This document shows positions 38,625 to 48,298 of a stretch of 64,000 bases of DNA, in pieces. Position 1 is the stretch's first letter; each line of letters begins with the position of its first letter. The position numbers and the translations under genes are program-made. Origin of the DNA: Fimbriosthenelais zetlandica. Taxonomy: Eukaryota. The notes beneath the pieces are model-generated. The model saw nothing but the letters and a program-made list of their open reading frames with translations. It was not told where the DNA came from and made no database searches. The stretch lies in NCBI GenBank assembly GCA_977030845.1, contig OZ365110.1, positions 32,240,001 through 32,304,000 on the forward strand, given 5' to 3'.

Positions 38625-38774
38625 TTTTTCGTGTTTTTGTTGTCCCTTTTCTATTTTTAAATAAATCCCCTTGCTTTAGCCATCCTGAATGTAAGTACAT
38701 ATGTCACAAGTCCTTGTGTAAATCTACCTGGTTCTAAAGTAAGGTTCGTGGGCTAATTTGAGTTTGAAGTCTTC

Positions 38775-39105
38775 ATGGGGGGAAAGGGATGGAGGAGATA
38801 TGGGGAGAGGTATGGAGGGGAGATGGAGAGAGGGATGGAGTAGAGATGGAGAGAACGATGGAGTAGAGATGGGGAGAGGGATGGAGAAGAGATGGGGAGA
38901 GGGATGGAGTGGAGATGGGGAGAGGGATGGAGGAGAGATGGGGAGAGGGATGGAGAAGAGATGGGGAGAGGGATGGAGGGGAGATGGGGAGAGGGATGGA
39001 GGAGAGATGGGGAGAGGGATGGAGGAGAGATGGGGAGAGGGATAGAGGAGAGATGGGGAGAGGGTTGGAGGAGAGATGGGGAGAGGGATGAAGAGTTGGA
39101 TGAGG
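38775..39105. repeat. Purine-rich GGAGAGATGG/GGAGAGGGAT satellite
   Basis: Low-complexity tandem array between family copies 2 and 3. Confidence 0.85.
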
Positions 39106-40164
39106 ATATATGCAGAGATGAGTTTGGATAGGGAGGTGAGATTAATCCTGAGAGAAATGGGACGATAAGGTGGAAGGTATGCATTTAATAATATGAATGA
39201 TACTACGTGTATATTAAGTGTTTAAGTACATGTACATGTACAAGTTTTCAAACATACAGCGGTGGGGAGATGAGAGTCAGCCAGAGGGTGTATAGACAGT
39301 CAGTAGAAGGTCATAGAGAAGAAAGAGAAGAGATGAAGGGGAACTGAAGTACGAAAGGGAGGAAGAAATTAACCAAGAATATAACAAAGAAAGTTGACAT
39401 TTTAATGACTCCTATAAGAAACAAATCAACTCTAGCCAATTATTGAAGCGAGTCGCTCACTTCAGTGACTGATTGCATTTTAAAGAGACCAAGTGTCAAG
39501 AAAGAAAATTGTTGATATTGGAATCTTAAGCTATGCTTCCATAACTGTAATCAATTACTAATTTTACCAATCTACCTCTCTCTCTATAATATAACTATGA
39601 AGCTAGCCTTCCATATACACATTATTTGTAGTGGAAAAGCATCCACTGTCCACTTTGATGTCTCCCCTTCAAATAAGCCACGCTATGGGTAATCCACACA
39701 CCAGAGACCATAGCTGACATAGCTCTAGAAATAATTTCTCTTTGTTTATGTCTTCATCTATTGTAAGGTTTTGTGATCAGAAGATGCCAGACTGCCCATA
39801 CCACTATAGCACCAGTTTGGGTATATAAACCCTGTATATCAGAGTCCAAGCAAGTCAGTTCTGTCTTGGGCATTCAAGCAACATTAACAAGTACTAGAAC
39901 TACCACCTATATTACAAAACGTATCTCTCACATTTGTCTCACACTTCCATGAGAATAGTTTTTCTCACATAATATTTGCATTATTTATTTCTTGGATCGG
40001 GAGGCCAATGTTATCTGACATATGGAGAAACAGTCCCGTGACAACTAACAAATCTACTCAAGTTATTCACTGATATCAGGAGGTGTCATTGACTGCTCAG
40101 TACGAATTGGTTACATAACCCAGCCTAATCACTACAGGAGGGTGACACATGACTATATGACATC

Positions 40165-40296
40165 CCAGGTGTCAATCATTAGCGCTACGGTCGCCTGAGT
40201 GAGGAGAGTGTCACCTTGAGGCGTATAAATACACCAGATGGTGTAGTTAGCAGACAGAACTTGTCTTCTGCTCAACCAGCAAACAACAGCCAGCAA
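40165..40296 (+). promoter_or_regulatory. Conserved core promoter and leader, copy 3
   Basis: TGTCAATCA, a degenerate palindrome (GTGAGG AGAG TGTCAC) and TATAAAT at 40224. Confidence 0.72.
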
Positions 40297-40357
40297 GACT
40301 GAGATCACCATTTCTTAGAATCTTTTACATCGAGTCTCAACCCCATCAGAAGTTAAC

Positions 40358-40681
40358 ATGGAATCTGCCCAGGGATCTTTTGAAATGATCCAGAAGATGC
40401 GTAGCATGGAACGTCGTTTTAACCGCGTCTGTCGTCAGCTGATACTGATGAACAACAACATCCGGGCCGTCAACGCTCGTTACAAGCGCGCCCTCCGCGA
40501 CGACAGAAAAACACTGCGCTACAACCTGCGACTGCGCATTCTTACCCTGGAGGGTGTGAGGGACATGTTTACAAAGTACGCAGAAGATAAAGCTGATCAA
40601 CTGGACGCCATGGAGGACGAACTGTTGGACAAGTATGACATCGACTGGCAAGAAGTTTGTGACGCTGATCTGCAGGGGTAA
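40358..40681 (+). CDS. Unnamed helical protein family, copy 3 (107 aa)
   Basis: Intact paralogous ORF. The leader is shorter (TATA to ATG 134 nt) and the stem-loop has a TTTC loop. Confidence 0.88.
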   Translation: MESAQGSFEMIQKMRSMERRFNRVCRQLILMNNNIRAVNARYKRALRDDRKTLRYNLRLRILTLEGVRDMFTKYAEDKADQLDAMEDELLDKYDIDWQEVCDADLQG

Positions 40682-40716
40682 TGGCCTTGTCACCACCACT
40701 ACCTACCTAAACAAAA

Positions 40717-40754
40717 GGCCCTTTTCAGGGCCCTCTCACATTCACAAGAAATGG
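40717..40754 (+). terminator. Histone-type 3' stem-loop plus HDE-like element (copy 3)
   Basis: ACAAAA-GGCCCT TTTC AGGGCC (40717-40732), an exact match to the histone consensus; 12 nt; CAAGAAATGG starting at 40745. Confidence 0.85.
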
Positions 40755-41974
40755 TATTTCGTGTTTTTGCTGTCCTTTAGAAAAAATAGCCCCCCCCCCC
40801 CCACCCGGAAGATGGTAAAGAGTATGAAGGGATAGGGAAGGCCCTTATAACTGGCCATGTGAGAGAATAAGGCATTACTTTTACATAATAGATGTACAGC
40901 AGATGCAGAAGAAAGGAAAGAGTAGAAAGCATGAGAGTTGGGAAGATTTCGGGAGAGGGGGGAGAGGGCCGGTGAAACCGGAGAGATTATCTAGAATGAT
41001 TATGAAAGAGATTGAGGTGAAAGATGACAGAAGGGCCAAAGATAAATAGAATTAAAAAAATTATCTTTTTAATAGAATAGGAAGTGGGTTTCAGTCATAT
41101 TTAAAGCCACGTGTGGAGCTGCTCACTATGGATTATAAAGACGCCAAATGACATCTGTCATCATGCCTACATATTTTTGTTCATATATTTATTCCTGGTA
41201 CATGTCCATAAAGGCCTATAGTATATCTTGCCCATAGTCGCCCAACATTCCTACTGGTTGCCAAAGCAATTCACTAATATCAAAAGGTGTGAGCGATTGT
41301 GTAGAAGTGCGCGCGACAAGCAATGTGTCGCCCTACTCTCCCAGACCCTGACCTGCTCCTTTTTAGAAAATTATATACAAAATTTAGCAGAAATCGTCAA
41401 GATAATCCCTATATTGAAAATTATACGAAACCTAAAATTTCAGCTTTTTTGTACAATATCAATGACATACAAAGACAAAATAAGTCTTTACTCTTTACTG
41501 AGACAATCATCTGAGAGGTAGATAATGAAGAGAAGTCATGTGGACACAGTTGATGACATGCTAACTGAAGTAATATCATTTCAAGGTCTGCACTCAGAAG
41601 GTTCTAAACTACCGACATTTGCCAACACATAAAACAATACTTTAAAAGTTCAACAATACCAAATAATAAAATCAATATTTCCGGTCTGTTCACAATGTTT
41701 ATCATGACATAATGCTGAAAAAGGTCTGATATTAACTTATTCTGTGACATCAGAAGATGTCATTCAGTGCTAATTCGTTACATAACTGGGGCTAATCGCT
41801 ACCAGTTGCTATCAAGTGACAAGTCCACTCAGAGCTAAATTTATCATTAAATGTCAAAAGGTGTGAACGACTGTAGCGACGTTTGTCCAACGAGCATCAA
41901 GTCAGCTCATCACTGAGGCTATTGCTGACATTGAGAGTGTGATCTTGACATTCGGGCGACGGGCGACATTCGGG

Positions 41975-42095
41975 CGACGGTCGCCTGAGTGACGAGGGCG
42001 TCACTTTTTGGCGTATAAATACACCAGGCAGTGTAGTTAGCAGACATAACTTGTCTTCTGTTCAATCAGCAAACAACAACCAGCAATCAATCATA
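41975..42095 (+). promoter_or_regulatory. Conserved core promoter and leader, copy 4
   Basis: Palindrome intact and TATAAAT at 42014. The TGTCAATCA position is replaced by a short local duplication. Confidence 0.72.
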
Positions 42096-42287
42096 TTCTA
42101 CTACATCTATATTACAGAACATTCTACTGCCTTACATGTTCATTCTCCCATCAGCAAAAAGAGAAAGGAATCTTCCTCTTCCACAATCAAACTGTATTGA
42201 AGTTTCCAAGAAAAGGTCTCACATTGAGATTGCCTTTGCCCAGAATTTTTCCATTTGCACCTTTTCCGAAACCCGACAGAATTTATT

Positions 42288-42611
42288 ATGGAATCTTCCC
42301 AGGGAGCTGTTGAAATGATCCAGAAGATGCGCGTCATGGAACGTCGTTTTGACCGCGTCTGTCGTCAGCTGATACCGATGAACAACAACATCCGGGCCAT
42401 GAACGCTCGTTACCAGCGCTCCCTCCGTGATGACAGGAAAACACTCCGCTACAACCTGCGACTGCGCATTCTCACCCTGGAGGGTGTGAGGGATATGTTT
42501 ACACAGTATGCAGAAGATAAAGCTGATCAACTGGACGCCATGGAGGACGAACTGCTAGACAAGTATGACATCGACTGGCAGGACGTTTATGATGCTGATC
42601 TGCAAGGCTAA
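42288..42611 (+). CDS. Unnamed helical protein family, copy 4 (107 aa)
   Basis: ATG at 42288 by alignment with the paralogues. Carries an L-to-P change (LIPMNNN) and a degenerate downstream element. Confidence 0.82.
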   Translation: MESSQGAVEMIQKMRVMERRFDRVCRQLIPMNNNIRAMNARYQRSLRDDRKTLRYNLRLRILTLEGVRDMFTQYAEDKADQLDAMEDELLDKYDIDWQDVYDADLQG

Positions 42612-42661
42612 CCACATATATATATATAGCAATAGCTGCTTCCATACCAACCTAAACAAAA

Positions 42662-42699
42662 GGCCCTTATCAGGGCCCTCCAACATTCACAACAATTGA
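42662..42699 (+). terminator. Histone-type 3' stem-loop with degenerate HDE (copy 4)
   Basis: GGCCCT TATC AGGGCC (42662-42677), 12 nt, CAACAATTGA starting at 42690. Confidence 0.72.
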
Positions 42700-43716
42700 T
42701 ATTTGTTTTGTTCTTGAAACTTGTTTTCTTTCGCTTTTCATTACTTTTCCTTCTGTTTCTGCATCTCTCCATTCCCCACTTCTTTTCTTCTTCACTATTC
42801 TTCCCCACCCTCTATCTATATCTGTTTTCCCATCTCTTCTCGGCACCTCTCTTCTACTCTCGCAAATCTTTCTCTTGCTCTCCTCTATACCGCAAAATTA
42901 CGATGAACATTGTACACTGGATAATTATTCTGAAGTCATAGAATAGTGACGTAATAATCATTTTCATCCTTTAATTCCAATCTTACAAAAGTACTGAGAC
43001 TTGTTATAATCTAGTCACCTCGCCTATATATTAATAGATCCCTGTCGCTCTTAAATCACACTATAATTCATATCTGACCCGGGTGGGCGATGATGGATTC
43101 TAGCATTAGAGGCGAGACATTGAATAAAGATTTTCTGTCACCCGCACGGAGCACCAGTGACCGTTCCATGGCCGTGCTAAATGATCCGTGTCATCCTGTG
43201 TGCTGAGCATGTTACATTGTCGTGGCACGAGCTCACCATTTGGGCTTTGGGTTGCCTTGGCAACGTAATAGAAGGTGGCAAGATTCTAGAGGTGCCTTCC
43301 TGTTCGCGCTCGGACATTCCTTTCCTGGTGCTTTCCTGTTTGTAAATTATGGGATGGACTGGTAAGTAGCTCGATGGAGTTTTCATAGCTGTGGAGACTT
43401 CTTGATGGGAACAAGTCATATATAATGGCCTTTATAGTATAACTATAATTCATATTTGATAAATTCTGTCCATAATAGGAGTGTCACTATCGGCATAGAA
43501 CCGTATCATTTGTCCATTATTCATTTACATACGATTATGAACAAATAAAGTTAGTAGGCCTAACGACTTAGAATTATATGAAATATGCAAGAATAATATA
43601 CAACGGGAAACAACTTATCATACTAGGTATACATGTCAGGGGATTCCAAAAATCATTAGGAATCAAAAGGAAAGGAAATTTGTAAAAAAACAAAACAAAA
43701 AAAAACTAACGAAATA

Positions 43717-43862
43717 TCATTACTTGTCAGTGAGGGAGAGCCCTGATAAGGGCCTTTTTGTTTGCATTTAAGTCACATTCAAAATGGCTTAAACTGAAAG
43801 ATTTTATTGAACAGAACAATATAAGTGTTTCTTGTGAATGAGAGAGGGCCCTGATAAGGGCC
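43717..43862 (-). terminator. Two tandem histone-type stem-loop plus HDE cassettes (copy 5)
   Basis: Proximal stem-loop 43862-43847, 12 nt, CAAGAAAC. Distal stem-loop 43754-43739 (GGCCCT TATC AGGGCT), 12 nt, CAAGTAATGA. An AATAAA lies between them (43808-43803). Confidence 0.78.
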
Positions 43863-43904
43863 TTTGTTTAGGTGGGACAACAGCTATAGATGGTGACAAG
43901 GTCA

Positions 43905-44216
43905 TCAGCCCTCCAGATCAGCGTCACAAACGTCCTGCCAGTCGATGTCATACTTGTCTAGCAGTTCGTCCTCCATGGCGTCCAGTTGATCAGCTTTATC
44001 TTCTGCATACTGTGTAAACATGTCCCTCACACCCTCCAGGGTGAGAATGCGCAGCCGCAGGTTGTAGCGCAGTGTTTTCCTGTCGTCGCGGAGGGAGCGC
44101 TGGTAACGAGCGTTGATGGCCCGGATGTTGTTGTTCATCAGTATCAGCTGACGACATACGTGGTTAAAACGACGTTCCATGACGCGCATCTTCTGGATCA
44201 TTTCAACAGATTCCAT
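43905..44216 (-). CDS. Unnamed helical protein family, copy 5 (103 aa)
   Basis: Intact paralogous ORF on the minus strand, followed by two stem-loops. Confidence 0.88.
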   Translation of the reverse strand: MESVEMIQKMRVMERRFNHVCRQLILMNNNIRAINARYQRSLRDDRKTLRYNLRLRILTLEGVRDMFTQYAEDKADQLDAMEDELLDKYDIDWQDVCDADLEG

Positions 44217-44354
44217 GTTAACTTCAGATGGGTTTCAGACAAGGTGAAAATGACAATCTCAATGAGAGACCTGTTCTTATCGGTGAGTTCAAAACCTGTT
44301 TGTGAAAGTGGAATATTTCTATAATATGGATGACAGACAGCAGAGTGTGTATGG

Positions 44355-44483
44355 TTGCTCGTTGTTGTTTGCTGATTGAGCAGAAGACAAGTTCTGTCTG
44401 CTAACTAAACTGCCTGGTGTATTTATACGCCACAGGTGACGCCCTCGACACTCAGGCGACCTTGCTCTGACGATTGACACCTA
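44355..44483 (-). promoter_or_regulatory. Conserved core promoter and leader, copy 5
   Basis: Reverse-strand TATAAAT (44427-44421), a near-palindrome and TGTCAATC. Confidence 0.72.
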
Positions 44484-45620
44484 CGATGTCATGTGTCAAG
44501 ATGACACTATCTCAATGGTGGCGATAGCCTCAGTGATGTAACCAATTAGCACTGAGCAGTCAATGACACCTTCTGATATCAGTGAATAACTGAACGATGA
44601 GTTGACTTGTCACTTTTCCCGCGACCGTTGCTCTATTGGGGCCCACATGGAACTGGCCCACTTTATAGTTAACAACGGTTTATCATGCCCTTGTCTTTGT
44701 TTCCAATACCTGAGTGGTTTTCATAAAAATGTCAACTTTCTTTATTTTACTCGCCATCCTTCTCCTTCAATCTCTCCAGGGGCCCATTTCAGCACAAAAA
44801 TATTCCATAGACTTAATTAGCATTGATAATAGTTGTTCTGAAACAGGCCCCAATTCCCACCCATCTATTCTCTTCCCTTTCTCCATCCATTCCTCCACAT
44901 TCAGGGGGCTGTTTCAGCGCAAAAGTCTCCCATAGACTTAACATTGCTAATGGTTGTTCTGAAACCCACTTCCAACTCTTCATCTCTCTGCCCTTCTCTC
45001 CCCTTAAAGGCGAGAATTCAACACAAATTATTAAATAATTGGGCTTATGTAATTTTTGCAAATGTCGCAACGGCTTTGACATTCAATTTAATAAATAGCT
45101 CTAGCAATGAATAGACTTGTCACTTGTCGCGCGAATGTCGCTCTATGAGACATGTACATGCCTATAATATACATATGGGCCTGAATAATGGGCAAAATAC
45201 ATGTGTATCATGTAAGATACACTATGGGCCTATCTTGTCATTTGGTATCTTTAAAATTCAATGAGCCACAATTAATAAATGGCCTCAATTGACTAATAGA
45301 AATTTGTCTATAATTAAAGTATAATTCAAATATTAAAAAGTTTCCCTTTTTCTCTCCCATTCCCTATGTCCATCAGTTTCCCCTATCCTTGCCTCCATAT
45401 CACTTCATCTCTCATTCCATCCATCTCTCGCCATATCTCTCCCATTATCTCTTGTCATAACTATTCAAATATTAAACAATTGGGGTTAAAATGATATCAT
45501 TAGCCAAAGGAGCTTACTATAGGAACTAGGGATTCAGGGAGGGTTTGTGATGGTCAGCCACTTTCAGGATGACTAAGTCTTAAACTGTGGGATTTATTTT
45601 TTTTAAAGAAGAACAAAAAA

Positions 45621-45658
45621 TCATTTCTTGTGAAGGTGGGAGGGCCCTGATAAGGGCC
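45621..45658 (-). terminator. Histone-type 3' stem-loop plus HDE-like element (copy 6)
   Basis: Stem-loop 45658-45643, 12 nt, CAAGAAATGA (45630-45621); 43 nt after the stop. Confidence 0.8.
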
Positions 45659-45701
45659 TTTTTTTGCTAAATGCAGGTAGGGAGAAGACAGATATAGGCC
45701 A

Positions 45702-46025
45702 TCATCCCTGCAGATCAGCATCATAAACGTCCTGCCAGTCGATGTCATACTTGTCTAGCAGATCGTCCTCCATGGCGTCCAGTTGATCAGCTTTATCTTC
45801 TGCATACTGTGTAAACATGTCCCTCACACCCTCCAGGGTGAGAATGCGCAGGCGCAGGTTGTAGCGCAGTGTTTTCCTGTCGTCGCAGAGGGAGCGCTGG
45901 TAACGAGCGTTGATGGCCCGGATGTTGTTGTTCATCAGTATCAGCTGACGACAGACGCGGTCAAAACGACGTTCCATGACGCGCATCTTCTGGATCATTT
46001 CAACAGCTCCTTGGTCAGATTCCAT
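45702..46025 (-). CDS. Unnamed helical protein family, copy 6 (107 aa)
   Basis: ATG at 46025 by alignment. Promoter and 3' flank closely resemble those of copy 2. Confidence 0.88.
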   Translation of the reverse strand: MESDQGAVEMIQKMRVMERRFDRVCRQLILMNNNIRAINARYQRSLCDDRKTLRYNLRLRILTLEGVRDMFTQYAEDKADQLDAMEDDLLDKYDIDWQDVYDADLQG

Positions 46026-46217
46026 GGTGACTTTTGATTGGGGTTTGAGACAGTATGCAAAGGAAAAGATTCTGCGAAATATCAATCTCAATGTGAGACC
46101 TTTTCTTTGTCACTTCAAAACTTGATTGTGGAAGATTTCTTTCTCTTTGCTGATGGGAGAATACAAGTTATTATAAGGCAGTATAATGTTCTATTATAGA
46201 TGATTGTAGAGTAATGA

Positions 46218-46353
46218 TTGATTGCTGGTTGTTGTTTGCTGATTGAGCAGAAGACAAGTTCTGTCTGCTAACTACACCGTCTGGTGTATTTATACGCCTC
46301 AAGGTGACGCCCTCGTCACTCAGGCGACCGTCGCACGAATGATTGACACCTGA
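46218..46353 (-). promoter_or_regulatory. Conserved core promoter and leader, copy 6
   Basis: Reverse-strand TATAAAT (46294-46288), an intact palindrome and TGATTGACA (46340-46348, + strand). Confidence 0.75.
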
Positions 46354-48032
46354 CATGTCTAGATCACACTGTCACAATGTTAACTATTTGCCTCAGTGAT
46401 GAGTGGATTTGATGCTTGTCGCTGCAATTGTTCACGCCTGTTGATGTGAGCAACTAGCATAGTATCAACGAGTTGAGGTTCACGACTTGGCGATCACACC
46501 TTCTGAATAGCTTTTGCATTGAGTAGACATGTCATTTTCGCGCGACCATTGCTATATAGTTCAGATAATGTACACACGAAACAAATACTGTGTTAAATCA
46601 GTTAGAAACACTACCATCCCTTCAGCCATAGGGAATAAACGCAAGGAGTTCAAAGAAGATCATCTATACCACATGTTTTACTTCTGGGTAATTGGTATAC
46701 AAAATTGGTATTTTTTTCATCTAATCTTGGAAAGAAAGAAGAAATTTTCTATTCGAAATAATCATAGATCTATATATGCACCACAAGAAAGATTCGATAC
46801 ATTATGTAATAGATTTATCATCGGTTAATCATATAAGTAACAAATTTTTCTTATGGAACAGACGCCCCATGTTATATTTCTTAACAGTATGACACAGTTT
46901 GTTATAAAAGTAGATTAGGAAACATGAAGCTGAGGATATACCCAAAGATTTACATTTAATTCTGTTTTTGCTTTCGAAAAGGGGCCTGTTTCATAACAAA
47001 AAATCTCCAATTTACTATATAATATGCAACTATAGCCAATGGTATAATGTCAATACATGTATGTACACGGGTGCCTCTTTCAAAACAGAAAATAGTCATA
47101 TGGATTATACTGTTAATATTTTGCTATGAAACGTGCCTCAGATCTCTTGTTGATATCGGTGGAGGAAGCAGGCCCAATCTGAGAGAGTATGAGTAGGGGT
47201 CAAGGTGCGTGAGGTGTTGTAAGGGTTGGGTGCGGGTGGGGGTGGGCCAAGTCACCCGGCCAGAAGGATGCCCCCTCATCTTTCACCATTTATCACCTAT
47301 AGCTAGATAGATAAGCCTTTCTTATCAACAAGAGCATATTTCACCCATACAGGTTCCTGACCAAGGAAACCTGACCGAGGGTATACAAATGGTCCTTAAA
47401 GTGTTAAACAAAGTGTAAGTACCACTTTAACTGTAAGGCTGTAGATTTATAGGAATTGTCTCATGATGTCTGATGCTTTTCCTCCAATAACCTATTTTCC
47501 CTTACACTATTTGAAACAGACACTAAAAGATTCCATTCACTGATATAAAGGCATGACATACCTGCATCCAACTATAAAAGGCATATTTTTAAAATAAAAA
47601 TTCGAAGTACTAGTAGAAAAAGAAGAAGATCAGAAGCAGCAACAACAATTATAACAACAACGATGCAACCATAGATGAAAAGAACAAGAATGGCATGAAT
47701 GAGCATGTAGCAATGAAAGTAACAGAATCTAGATAAGAAACAAGAAGAAGGGGAAGGACCAATGAAAGGGAAAACACTGAAAACAGAGGGTTACCGTACG
47801 ACTGTTGATTTCATATCTTGCTTATTTATTGATATGAAAGCCATTTGAAGGAAACCTCGCCAGGTCGGAGATCCATTGCACTCCAGCCAGAACCACGCCG
47901 TCCGGATTATCTTGTCAGAGTAGACACACTTATTGGACTGGAGGGAATAGTGAATAAAGTGGTCGCATGTGCTCCCATCGATTTGGTGGAACAGTATACT
48001 CGAGGATAGAGACTACATGTATACTAGACTAT

Positions 48033-48298
48033 CCCTCGTCCCATTGACAGGACTGGTGTCTCAGCCCCCTCGTCCCCATGACAGGACTGGAGTCACAGCT
48101 CCCTCGTCCCCATGACAGGATTGGAGTCACAGCTCCCTCGTTCCCACCACAGGACTGGAGTCACAGCTCCCTCGTCTCCATGACAGGACTGGAGTCACAG
48201 TTCCCTCGTCCCCATGACAGGATTGGAATCACAGCTCCCTCATCCCCATGACAGAACTGGAGTCACAGGTCCCTCATCCCCATGGCAGGACTGGATCA
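48033..48298. repeat. 34-bp minisatellite, ~8 copies
   Basis: CCCTCGTCCCCATGACAGGACTGGAGTCACAGCT units head-to-tail, with no spacers. Confidence 0.85.

Noticed and set aside
38753-39184. Pro/Ser- or Gly/Glu/Arg-rich ORFs on both strands
   Set aside because: They are translations of a purine-rich satellite.
35816-46025. Calling the six-copy family histones because of the stem-loop
   Set aside because: No H1, H2A, H2B, H3 or H4 motifs and no Lys/Ala-rich tail; the C-terminus is acidic.
35825-46037. Antisense ORFs (MISFIFCILCK...) overlapping each family copy
   Set aside because: They begin at a non-ATG start (TTG), vary in length and lack promoter or 3' signals; they are shadows of the sense codon usage.
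48033-48298. Possible CRISPR array (34-bp units)
   Set aside because: The units are contiguous with no unique spacers, and no cas genes are present.
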